In this document: positions 1 through 11,491 of the stretch, in pieces
Layout of the letters: every line of letters starts with the position of its first letter
Numbering within the stretch: position 1 is the first letter of the stretch
Assembly: GCF_006345805.1 (NCBI RefSeq)
Contig: NC_043002.1
Span: 25,482,001-25,546,000, forward strand
DNA from: Octopus sinensis
Lineage: Eukaryota
Length of the DNA: 64,000 nt
Direction: 5' to 3'
Notes under the pieces: model-generated
Told to the model about the DNA's origin: nothing
Databases searched by the model: none
Seen by the model: only the letters and a program-made list of their open reading frames with translations
Position numbers and translations under genes: made by a program

Positions 1-959
1 GTATTTCACAAATAAAACTCTACCTAATCAACCCTTTTTTTTTTTTTTTACCAACATCGCTCCGTTTTAGCTACCCCATTATCACCTCACTTTTCTTCAA
101 TACCACCCCACATCTTTCCATCATCCTCAAGGAGGCAATACCACCCACTTTGAGAACCTCTGTTAGAAACTGTAGTTCCCATGTCTGAAAAAATAATGGA
201 AACATTGGACAATATACACTGTGTTAGAAATAAAGGACATGAAAACTAGTATAGTCCTACATAAACTGAAAATTATGTCAAAATTTTCAAATTTGGTATT
301 TTCCATGTAAAATCCGATTTTGTTATTTATTTGTTCCAGAGAAATTACAGAAAATGTTACTGAAGTTTAAAGTTTAATCATTTTTACCTTAGAAGACAGG
401 ATTTGGAAGTTGGTATTTTTTGCATGATAGCTATCTATCACAAAATGGAAGCAAAATCATTAGGAGGAGGAATTTTTCTTAAACAAAAGCAAAGCATTAC
501 TATGACCAAAGTTGTAAGAACTTCTGAAGTTTTAATAACTTTTAATGAATAAAGTCATGTGAAACATTTGAACAGACAGGGAAGGCATGGTCTGACAAGG
601 AATAAACAAAAATTTATATATGACGGGCTATTCAGGTAGTATATATATATAGATATATATATATATATATAGTAACAGTGTAACAATGGTTGACTGACAC
701 ATTTCAAGTCTTGTATATGTTCACATTATGTTTTTACTATTGTTAGTAGCAACAACAGGTTTTTATAAAATAGTGCATACATATATGTATATTTTCATGT
801 TCCTGTGCTTGTGTGTACATTGCTTTAAATCTGGTGATATTTTGTATCCCTTTCTTTCTTGTAATTTAGCAGTTAGATAAATAGCAATAGAAAAATGTAT
901 ACTAAGCTGAGATAAGTATCAATGTGAATTTGATCATAGCTGTGTAGTTATGAAGGTTT

Positions 960-1093
960 GCTTTGCAATTACCTGTTTTCAAGTTCAGTCTCACTATGTG
1001 GCACCTTGGGCAAGAGTCTCCTACTATAACCTTGGGCCAACCAATACCTTGTGAGTGAATTTGGTAGGCAGAAAGTGTGTGGAAGCCTGTCAG

Positions 1094-1137
<44 letters not shown>

Positions 1138-1590
1138 AGGGTAAAATCATAAATGAGTTTTACCAAGTAGTCAGCATGAAAATAAAACCTCGTAGGTAAA
1201 TTAATATAAATATTTTATAATTATATACATAATTATAACAAAGGCTTGGCTTGCGCCTCACCACGCACTGAAAAATAGACGTCAAAAAACACCATTGCCA
1301 CCATAAATTCTCCGAGAAAAACACACTACACATAGGCCATGTGTTTTTCTCAGAGAATTTATGGTGGTAGTAGTGTCTTTTGACATCTATTTTTCAGTGC
1401 GTGGTGAGGTGCAAGCCAAGCCCTTATTATAATTATGTATATAATTATAAAATATTTATATATGTGTGTGTGTAATTGTATGTTTTTGTGTTTGTCCTCT
1501 CCACCACTTCACAACTAATGTTGGTTTGTTTACATCCCTGTAACTTGGTGGTTTGGCAAAAGTGACTGACAGAATAAGTACCAGACTTTA
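960..1590 (+). mobile_element. tRNA-headed SINE (family S), split by a fold-back insertion inside its internal (TA)n
   Basis: 5' half (ttcaagttcagtctcactatgtggcaccttgggcaag...) at about 975-1095; 3' half (gtttacatccctgtaacttgg...gaataagtaccag) at about 1480-1590. Confidence 0.75.
1204..1461. repeat. Long inverted repeat (122-bp arms, 14-nt loop), fold-back/MITE-like
   Basis: Arms 1204-1325 and 1340-1461 compared by hand: 113/122 complementary. Confidence 0.9.
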
Positions 1591-1764
1591 AAAAATGCTC
1601 TTGCATTGATTTGTCTAAGCATGGTCATGGTTCATTGATGAAAATCAGTAATGAAATAGAAAATTACCTTGTTTGTTTTTGGGATATGTTACTTAGTGCT
1701 TCTAAGTTGTTTATAAAAAAATGTCCTCATATATGTGTGAGAAAATGGACGTTAAAAGATGATG

Positions 1765-2170
1765 ATGATCATTATCATCGTTGTTTAACATCCACGTTCC
1801 ATGCTGGCATGGATTGTATGGCTTGACTGAGAACTGGCTAGCTGGGAGGCTATACCAGGCTCCAATCTGATTTGGCATGGTTTCTACAGTTGGATGCCCT
1901 TCCTAATGCCAACCACTCTGAGTGTATAGTGGGTGCTTTTATGTGCTACTGGGGCGGGAGCCAGTTAGGAGGCACTGGCATTGGCCACGCTTGAATGGTA
2001 CTTTTTATGTGCCACTGGCATGGGTGCCACCCAGGCAGCACTGGCATTGTTCATGCTCAAATGATGCATTTATTGTGCCACCAGTATGGGTGCCAGTCAG
2101 GTGGCATTGGTATTGTCCACGCTCGAATGGTACTGTTTATGTGCCTTTGGCACAAATGCCAATCAAGCAG
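1765..2170 (-). mobile_element. 5'-truncated RTE-type LINE 3' UTR copy (family T) with (GAT)n tail and degenerate ~60-bp subunits
   Basis: Reverse complement of gagtggttggcattaggaagggcatccaactgtagaaac...ccatgccagcatggaacgtggatgttaaac(gat)n. Confidence 0.85.
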
Positions 2171-2254
2171 AACTCATCAGCCATGACTATGATTTCACTT
2201 GGTTGAACAGGCAGCATATTGTTCAGCAATATATATACATATATAAAGATCATC

Positions 2255-2690
2255 ATCATCATCATCGTTTAACATCTGCTTTCCATGCTAGCATGGGTTG
2301 GACGAATTTGACTGAGGGCTGGCGAACCAGATGACTGCACCAGGCTCCAATCTTAATTTGGCAGAGTTTCTACAGCTGGATACCCTTCCTAACGCCAACC
2401 ACTCCGAGAGTGTAGTGGGTGCTTTTTACGTGCCACCAGCATGGGGGCCAGTCAGGCGGTACTGGCAATGACCTCGCTCGAATCTTTGTACACATGCCAC
2501 CAGCACAGGTGCCAGTAAGGCGACTTTGGTAATGATCCCGCTCGAATGATGCCCTTTTACGTGCCACTGGCACGGAAGCCAGTTGGCTGCTCTGGCAATG
2601 ATTACACTCAGATGGTGCTCTTGGCACCCTACTAGCACAGGCACAAGTGCCAGTAAGGTGACGCTGGTAATGATCACGCTCTGAGCAATA
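2255..2690 (-). mobile_element. Family T copy with four ~62-68-bp subunits
   Basis: Same tail as above; repeated tgccac...tgccag...ctggcaatga...cgctc units at 2424-2690. Confidence 0.85.
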
Positions 2691-2696
2691 TGTATA

Positions 2697-2699
2697 TAA

Positions 2700-2749
<50 letters not shown>

Positions 2750-2874
2750 TATATAGTGGTCAGCAAGCCACTACAAAGGATTGAACTGAACACTTTTTTC
2801 CATCTTCAAAGGCTATTTACTTGATCTTCTAAGCTGCTTTCACAACTATTGCATATCCAAGATTTACATTATTT

Positions 2875-2946
<72 letters not shown>

Positions 2947-2965
2947 TCTCTCTCTATGTATATAA
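2697..2965. repeat. (TA)n plus compound (CTGT)n(CT)n microsatellites
   Basis: Read directly from sequence. Confidence 0.9.
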
Positions 2966-3054
2966 TACGTCCCTTTTTCCATAGCTGAGGATGATAACAC
3001 TATGGCATGCTCTATAGAAATGGTGAATTGAGTGTCTGATATTTTATTTTTCAG

Positions 3055-3142
3055 GACAGATCTCGAGTTGTTAGCCCAATCATTGATGTTATCAACATGG
3101 ACAATTTTGAATATATAGGTGCTGCATCTGAAATCAAAGGAG
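3055..3142 (+). CDS. GALNT2: GALNT2 internal exon, catalytic domain ([30 protein letters not shown])
   Basis: ttttcag|GAC acceptor and GAG|gtaatg donor; 88 nt, phase 0 to 1; peptide closely matches human GALNT2 [30 protein letters not shown] as I recall it. Confidence 0.95.
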
Positions 3143-3149
3143 GTAATGA

Positions 3150-3372
3150 AATAATCCTTTCTACTATAGGCACAAGACCTGAAATTTTAGGGAAGGGGGC
3201 TAGTCAATTACATCAACCCCAGTGCTCCACTGGTACTTATTTTATTGACCCTGAAATGATGAAAAGCAAAGTTGACCTCAGCAGAATTTGAACTCAGAAC
3301 CTGAAGACGGATGAAATGCTGCTAAGCATTTTGCCCAGTGTGCTAACATTTCTGCCAGCTTATGGCCTTGAG
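3150..3372 (-). mobile_element. SINE family M copy immediately after a GALNT2 donor site
   Basis: aatcctttctactataggcacaag...tggtacttattttattgaccctgaaatgatgaaaagcaaagttgacctcagcagaatttgaactcag. Confidence 0.85.
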
Positions 3373-4881
3373 GTAATGAAATAATACAATTATTTAACGT
3401 CTATCACCCCACTCCATCCAGCCATTCATTTACTGTGTAACCTATATCATATTTCACACCTCAAACATCCAGCCTATCCAGGCGCTAAGAAATTAGATAC
3501 CTCTGGGTTTTTTTTTTGTTTTGTTTATTTGTTTGATCGATTATTTGTAGTGTTGACTTTGGTATTTCAGAAACTATCCCATTATGTTCAGAAACTCTCC
3601 CAACATGTTCACATCTTAAAATAAGAATAAAAATAACATTTTTCTTTCTGGTTTTTACCAAAAATGCCACCCTAATCCACTGCTTCTACCATCATGTTGT
3701 TGCTGCCTTCATTCTCTCATCCTCATTTTTCTGTCATCTTTCACTCCTCATCCTCTGCTATCTTGGTTGCCTTGAGTGAATGCATACAATGTAGATTAGC
3801 AAGGGCATTTTAGTCTTACAAATTCAAGGTGACCTCACTGGTGCTGATACCATGGTATCTAGTACTGTCTCTAACTCATCATCATCACCATCATTGTAGT
3901 CATCGTCATCATCATCATTTTATTACTGATTTCTATGATGGTCTGGATTGGAGAGTTTTACAAGCCCTGCTACATTAGAATGACTATTGTGCACTAGTTT
4001 CTCAGTTTCAGCATGGCTTTTATGGCTCGACACCATTCCCATTGTCAACAACCTTACAGAGTGCACTTAGTGCATTTTTGTAGCACCAACACTCATGTGG
4101 TCACCTTGTAATTGGCAGGACTAAAGAACTGCTGCATTGAAAGAAGTGAGAGAGAGGTTGATTTTAGATGAAGACTGGATGAAAGTGATGGATTTATTAT
4201 TGTGGAGTGTGGTAGTAGGGAAGAGAGAGAGAGGGAAAGGGTAGGGAGGTGATGGAGTGGGGTGTTAGGGATGATCCACTGCTATCCCAGGCTGAAGAGG
4301 TAAATTTGTGTGGGAGGTGAAAGAGATGAGGGGGTAGAGGATTTGGAGAGGCTGAGGAGAGAAGGAGAGACATTGCAGGTTATGAGAGGAGTGGAGATAT
4401 TGTGGTGGAGGAGGAGCAAAAAGGGAGATAAAGATGAATGTTGAGGTGGTGAAACTGAGAAAATGATGGTGAGAGTGGAGAAGAGTGAAAAAATGGGAGA
4501 GTGCTGAAAAGGTTTGGCAAATGAGCAGAAGTAGCACAGGTTGAGAGAAAAGTTTAGTCTTGTTGAGGGTATAGCAACCTCTCTAGTGCTGGTGCTGCAA
4601 TAAAGTGTATAGATTGTTCTCAGTAAAGTGGTTGGTTTGTAAAAAGGGCATCCAGCCATAACGACCAGGCTGTAAATGGAATATTTGAGTGAGATGTGGA
4701 CTTTTGACTATTCTAGAATGGCAGAGAAATTTTGCTGTTTTAGTTGGTTAAATAAATAGTTTAGCACTTTCATACATTGAGTGATCTACAAGTTAGACAT
4801 GACTAGTTGCATGAAAACAAAAATCACTAAAAATTTGTTGCTACACAAAGCTACATATTAAAACAATTTGTGTAAAATGCA

Positions 4882-5115
4882 TTAACCCTTTCGTTACCAT
4901 ATTTCTGTTGAGATGTTCTGTGTTTCTTTCAATTAATTTTAAATATTGCAAAGAATTTGGTAAAATAACTTAGTTTTCATTAAGCTAGTATTAGGAACAT
5001 AAATTATGACTAAGGTTTGGTGGAAGATTTTAATTCAGAACTTTTGAAAACAAGACATTTATTTGTACTACAGAGCCTGAGGCAGTTTCAGCTGGGCTGG
5101 CATCAAAAGATTTAA
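4882..5115. mobile_element. piggyBac-type MITE bounded by TTAA
   Basis: TTAA|ccctttcgttacc ... ggcatcaaaagat|TTAA; related copies at about 45315-45543, 49282-49470, 53692-53920 and 60244-60424. Confidence 0.7.
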
Positions 5116-6272
5116 GAGATTAATCTAAAGAGTAATTCTTTTTTGCTTATGTTTGTTAATTTCTTGTGTAAAAGCCTATTTCTTCTGACTTTACTATAGT
5201 GCTACTCAGTCAAGGCAGATCTTATTTGCTACTTAGCAAACTCACCGGTGATGGTGCAATGAAAAATGCATCAAATGCACTCTGTAAAGTAGTTGACTTT
5301 AGAAAGGGCATCCAATCATATAAACTCCATACCAAAGCAGACATTGGTGATGCAGTCCTCTTGACTCATCAAATACTGTTGAATCTTCCAACCCATACCA
5401 GTATGGAAGACAAATGTTGGGATTGATGATAATGATGAAAAGGGGTTTACATGTAGATTTAGAGTCAGCATTTTAGTCCACGTTGTGAAATATACAAGGG
5501 AGGCAACTTTGACTGGATTTTTTTTTTTTTTTTAATGGAAGTTTTCCCATTGTCCAACGGTGGTTCACTGCATCTCTGATAGCGTCATAAGAGAGTGTTT
5601 GTAGCTCAGCGCAAAGGACTTCGTTTGAAGAGCATCAGTTTTCTCCAATGTTTACATCCTTTGTCCAGTCACATACTGAATGTGTTTGACCTGCTATATA
5701 TAGCAGCTAAGTCCTCTTGAAACTACACTATCCCACTTTGAACATTGTATAATTTATGTCCCTAGTATAGGTGCAAGCATGCTTGTGTGGTCAAGAAGTG
5801 ACCTTTGCTGTCAAATAGTTCCAGGTCTGACCACACTGTGCATCTCCTTCTGAAAATGTCTTTGGTTGTAGCTTTGATTTAACTAATGTCTTGTGAATAG
5901 AATAGAATATTCTGAAACTGTGGAAGCTTGTAAAAAAAAATAATAATAATGCGTGTGTGGGTGATGACAGAGAAAATAAGTAATAATATCATTGATATAT
6001 GAATATCCATAAGTGTATGAATATCTATATCACTGGTCACAAACCCTCTAACTTTATAAAAAAAAAAAATTTCTTTCTTCTGTCACATGACCTTAGTGAC
6101 AAGAAACTAGTCAACCAGCTATAAAAGAAGGTGATCACCCCATTCTCAAAGCTGAAGCAAAAATTGATTCTCCAATACCAGACACATACACGCACACACA
6201 GACAGATAGACAGAGTAGTTGCTTTATCATTTTCTTAGAGAAAATAAGCCAGAAGATGGAGGCATATATATA

Positions 6273-7870
6273 CATCATCACCATTATTGTTTAACACCCA
6301 CTTTCCCTACTGGCATTGGTTGGACAGTTTGACATGGAGCTGGCTAACAGGGACCTGTCCTGACACCAATTGTCTGTTGTGGTATGGTCTCTGCAGCTGG
6401 ATGCCCTTTCTAATGCCAACTACTTAACACAGTGTGCAGGGTCCTTCTTACATGTCACCTGCACAGTTGCATATATGCAGTACTGGCGTGGGTGCTTTTT
6501 ATATGGCACTGGCACCTGAAAGGATAAACCTGTATGTGTGGGAGACACATACTTAGCTTCACATGTCTTATCAAGTACAGCAAATGACCACGTCTTCTGG
6601 TCCTTGTCATTTTCTCAGTGAGACCCAACATCCGAAGACCATTTCTCACCACTTCATCCCACATCTTCCTGAGTCTATATCTTTCACAGGTACCCCCACA
6701 ATTAGAGCTCAGCACTTCTTTACGCACCTGTCCTTATCCATATGCATCATATGACCAAACCAGTGCAGTTTTCTCTCTTGCACACAGCATCTGATGCCTC
6801 TTATACCCAATTTTTCTCATAAATCATTTTCACTCTGCCATGTATGCACACTGGCATTACTCATCCAGTGGAGCAAGCTAGCTTCATTTCTTTCAAGCCT
6901 TCGCAAATCCTCTGTGGTCAAAGCCCATGTTTCACTGTCTTGTAACATAGTTTATATACATAGGCATCATACAATATGCTTTTCATTCTGAGGGTGAGGC
7001 CCTTAGTCACCAACAAAGGTAGAAGCTCTCTGAACTTCGCCCAGATTGTTCTTATTCTAGCAACCACACTTTCAGAACTAACTTGGTCTCCTAGGTAGCA
7101 GAAGTTAGCCTGCTTTTAATGATCCCCCTGAGCATTTGAGGGAGTCTATTGTCTGCTCATTTTTAGTGCTTATTGTACCTGCACATTTGCCACATACAAA
7201 GACTATTTTCTCTGTTAACCTTCTTGTAATACTGCTACACCCCTTATGTGTCCAAAGCCTGCACTGAGTACAACATATGGAGTTTCTACCAACATGCTTC
7301 TTACATATTGAGCAGAGCCATCTCCCAGAAGGGTGTTATGAATTTGTTTGTTTTCCTACTTATGAGAACTTTGATTTTTGCTAAATTAACTCTAAGGCCC
7401 TTAGATTCCAGGTCTTGTTTCCTCACCTGAAATTCCTTCACTAAGTCAGGTAGTGATTCAGCTATAAAAATAAGGTCATCAGCATAGAGGAGCTCCCAGG
7501 GACAGCTGATCTTGAATTCCTCTGTTAAGACCTGGAGGACTTAGATTAACAAGAGGGGACTGAGAACTGAGCCTTAGTGAACTCCTACCTGTACACTGAA
7601 TTCATTGCTATACTTGTTACCAACTGTCACCTTATTGGCAGTATCCCTGTACATGGCTTGTACTGCTCTCACTAACACCCATCTATCCCAGCTTTTCCAT
7701 TGACTACCAGATAAAGGAACAGGGGACCCTGTCAACAAAAGCCAAGTACAGAGTTTATTTTTGGCTAAATATTTCTCCTGCAGTTGTCTAACAAGGAATA
7801 TAGCATCAGTCATGTTTCTGTCCAGCATAAATCCAAACTGCATCTCATCCACCCACTCCACTCTGTAAAG
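6273..7870 (-). mobile_element. 5'-truncated RTE-clade LINE remnant: RT with internal PHD-like finger, C-terminus and complete 3' UTR/(GAT)n tail
   Basis: Minus-strand peptides DEMQFGF, TDAIFLVRQLQEKYL, GVH*GSVLSPLL, CPWELLYADDL, ESKGLRVNLAK, FCYLGD, RIRTIWAKFRELLPLL, LHWFGHMMHM; stops and frameshifts present. Confidence 0.92.
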
Positions 7871-8414
7871 TTGGTGAGAAGAGCAAAGCAGACAGTGGAG
7901 TTTTGTTCAGTACCTTGGCTTATCACCTCCTGTCACACTACCCAACCTATGCCAGCATGGAAGATGGATGTTAAATGATGATGATGATGATAATATATAT
8001 AGAAACAAATAACAACAGATGGATATTGGTTCATTTGCTATAGCTGTTCCAAACAAGCTTTGTTTTTATTGACGAACGGAGTTATTACATCATTTGAAAA
8101 AAAATTGTTTTTATCAGGTGAATATACACGAATTAAACATTTTAAAAAAGCATTCCAAAAATCAACATATGTGCCAATTCATGGTTCCCTTGCTAGCTTC
8201 AGTCAAAGAATGTGTTTTAGGTACAGCCTTAAAATTTGTAGTATATTCATTTTGGCACTTGTGATCATATATGCAACTGGAATATTAACTCATCTGTACT
8301 TTGGTATGTATGTATGTGTTCCTGTAATTTTGTTTTATACACAATTGCTATTTCTTTGAGCTGAACTTGATGTTTTGCTATTCAGGTACCTGATTCACTC
8401 AAATCCTGAACTTG

Positions 8415-8560
8415 AGTGGTTGGCGTTAGGAAAGGCATCCAGATGTAGAAACACTGCCAGATCTGACTGGCCTGGTGCAGCCTTCGGGCTCCCCAGACCC
8501 CAGTTGAACCGTCCAACCCATGCTAGCATGGAAAGCGGACATTAAACGATGATGATGATT
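8415..8560 (+). mobile_element. Family T 3' tail copy (young subfamily)
   Basis: About 89 nt identical to the tail at about 11690-11780; ends in (gat)n. Confidence 0.9.
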
Positions 8561-9229
8561 ATATATATATATATAATATATATATATATAAGCATATCAA
8601 TGAAAACTATAAACATTGATAAAAAAACTGAAAATTTAGTGACACTCCCTTGTCATGCTTTGCACTGGAAGTGCTGTAAACCAGTGATTGGCCCATTTAA
8701 AATCTTTAACCAGCACTATTGTTCCTAAGATTTATAATAAAAAATAAAGTATGAATATGACAACTGTATTATTGTGTCACACATGACTACTTTTTATTTT
8801 CATAAATTTAGAGTAGTTTAAGAAATGGGGTTAGCCTAAGAAACAGTAAACAATTGAAATACACAGAAGGTAAAACATTTCTTTTTCCTACTAGCTGTTA
8901 ACAACTTAGAAAAATAGATTGTTAGAAGTCACCATACAGCTTAATTCATGCACTGGTATTATATTCTTAAACTAACTTCTTTCTTTGTAATTTTTTACTT
9001 TTCATCTCTTTAGGTGTATAAATGAATCATCATGATCCAATAAGAGGGCCTTACAGTACAAGAAATTTAGAAATAGCTGCTTGTTCTTTTTGTCAAATCA
9101 CATCCTACAATCATAAAGGGAAATAAAGGCTGGACAAACATGATGATACAAGACTTACAGTTTACTAGCCCCTAATGCTTAGCCTGAATCCTTATAGGTT
9201 GGGGGTTTATGGGGTTACAGATGTGAGCA

Positions 9230-9734
9230 TGGAATTCTGAGTTCAGTCCAACTGCATGACACTTGGGCAAGTGTTTTCTTCTATAGCCCTGGGTCAACCA
9301 AAACCTTGTAAGTGGATTTGACTTACAGAAACTGAAAGAAGTCTATTTCACATATGTATGTGTGTGTGTGTGTCTTTGTGTTTGCCCCTCACCACCACTT
9401 GACAACTGGTGTCTGTTCGTTTACATCCATGTAGCTTAGGGATTCAGCATTAGAGACTAATAGAATAAGTACCAGTTTGAAACAAGTGAAAAATAAAGGA
9501 TAAAAGGTTCCTTGTTATCTTGCTATACTCTTTACTCTTTACTCTTTTAATTGTTTCACTCATTTGACTGCAGCCATGCTGGAGCACCGCCTTTAGTCGA
9601 GCAAGTTGACCCCAGGACTTATTCTTTGTAAGCCTAGTACTTATTCTATCAGTCTCTTTTGCCGAACCGCTAAGTGACGGGGACATAAACACACCAGCAT
9701 CGGTTGTCAAGCAATGCTAGGGGGACAAACACAG

Positions 9735-9740
<6 letters not shown>
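9230..9740. mobile_element. Two family S SINE pieces in opposite orientation
   Basis: + copy at about 9230-9480; minus-strand 3' half (tactcttttactctttt...gccgaaccgctaagtgacgg) at about 9527-9740. Confidence 0.8.
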
Positions 9741-9800
<60 letters not shown>

Positions 9801-9829
9801 ATTATATATATATATAATTTCAACAATTG

Positions 9830-9997
9830 AGGGTAAAATTAATTAATTATTAATCAATTTCACCAAGTATTCAGTATGCAAAGGGACCATTTAAGGCGAA
9901 TTCAAAGTATTAGAAATAGTTTAAAAAAAATTTTTTTAGCTGCTATTTCTAATGAGTTCAGTATGTGGCAAAGTAATTTATTTTACTAAGCCCTTTT
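9830..9997. repeat. Small fold-back element embedded in (TA)n, related to the 1138-1461 insertion
   Basis: Starts agggtaaaat...ttcaccaagtattcagtatg; ends attttactaagccct; internal attagaaatag/ctatttctaat stem. Confidence 0.55.
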
Positions 9998-10016
9998 ATA
10001 TAATATATATATATAT

Positions 10017-11491
10017 CTGGCACCTGTGTCGGTGGCACATAAAGACACCATCCGAAGACCCGGCGACGTAGTCAGTCCACCTGTGCATACCTTCCCTCTT
10101 ATGACACTTGTGAAGACCTGTTGAGGCAAGTGTGTGACACTTGTGAAGACCTGTTGAGGCAGAGGCAAGTGTGTGACACTTGTGGAGACCTGTTGAGGCA
10201 AGTGTGTGACACTTGTGAAGACCTGTTGAGGCAAGTGAAAATCAAATCAAACCAAATCAAAATAGATGAACATCAATGGAATTTGTATCTTTGTGGTTCC
10301 AGTACCGGTGGCACACAAGAAAACCATCCGAACGTGGCCGTAGCCAGTACCGCATCGACTGGCCTCCGTGCTGTGGGCACAACAAACACCATCTGATCGT
10401 GGCCGTTCGCCAGCCTCATCTGGCACCTGTGTCGGTGGCACATAAAAACACCATCCGAAGACCCGGCGACGTAGTCAGTCCACCTGTGCATACCTTCCTA
10501 CTTATGACACTTGTGAAGACCTGTTGAGGCAAGTGTGTGACACCTACTTATGACACTTGTGAAGACCTGTTGAGGCAAGTGTGTGACACTTGTGTAGACC
10601 TGTTGAGGCAAGTGAAAATCAAATCAAATCAAATCAAACCAAATCAAAATAGATGAACATCAATGGAATTTGTATCTTTGTGGTACCAGTACCGTTGGCA
10701 CACAAGAAAACCATCCGAACGTGGCCGTAGCCAGTACCGCATCGACTGGCCTCTCTGACGTGGGCACATAACAAACACCATCCGATCGTGGCCGTTCGCC
10801 AGCCTCATCTGGCACCTGTGTCGGTGCACATAAAAACACCAACCGAAGACCCGGCAAGACTAGTCAGGCCATAACCCGTGGCCCCTACTTGGGACGTAGT
10901 CAGTCCCCTGTGCATACCTTCCTTCCTTCCTGTGACACTTGTGAAGACCTGTGAAGACCTGTTGAGGCAAGTGAAAATCAAATCAAATCAAATCAAAATA
11001 GATGAACATCAATGGAATTTGTATCTTTGTGGTACCAGTGCCGGTGGCACACAAGAAAACCATCCGAACGTGGCCGTAGCCAGTACCGCATCGACTGGCC
11101 TCCGTGCTGTGGGCACGTAACAAACACCATCCGATCGTGGCCGTTCGCCAGCCTCATCTGGCACCTGTGTCGGTGGCACATAAAAACACCATCCGAAGAC
11201 CCGGCAAGACTAGTCAGGCCATAACCCGTGGCCCCTACCTGGGACGTAGTCAGTCCACCTGTGCATACCTTCCTTCTTGTGACACTTGTGAAGACCTGTT
11301 GAGGCAAGTGAAAATCAAATCAAAACAAATCATAGATGAACATCAATGGAATTTGTATCTTTGTGGTACCAGTGCCGGTGGCACACAAGAAAATCATCCG
11401 AACGTGGCCGTAGCCAGTACCGCATAGACTGGCCTCCGTGCTTTGGGGACGTAACAAACACCATCCGATCGTGGCCGTCCGCCAGCCTCAT
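10017..11491 (+). repeat. Tandem array of four 334-403-bp monomers derived from the family T (RTE-like LINE) 3' UTR
   Basis: Anchor ctggcacctgtgtcggtg recurs at 10017, 10420, 10809, 11158 and 11492; internal 33-bp and (AAATC)n sub-repeats. Confidence 0.95.

Noticed and set aside
1-3054. Search for the preceding GALNT2 exon (FLDSHCEC...WLEPLL, DXH motif)
   Set aside because: No matching peptide found in any + frame; it presumably lies upstream of the window.
10102-10240. 33-bp direct repeats resembling a CRISPR array
   Set aside because: The repeats abut with no unique spacers, lie inside a eukaryotic intron and LINE UTR, and no cas genes are present.
11296-11313. Hammerhead-like CUGUUGAG...GAAA in each array monomer
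   Set aside because: The core has U at the conserved A6 position, stem II is not formed, and I could not build stems I/III with a UH cleavage site. An Infernal search or cleavage assay would be needed to reopen this.
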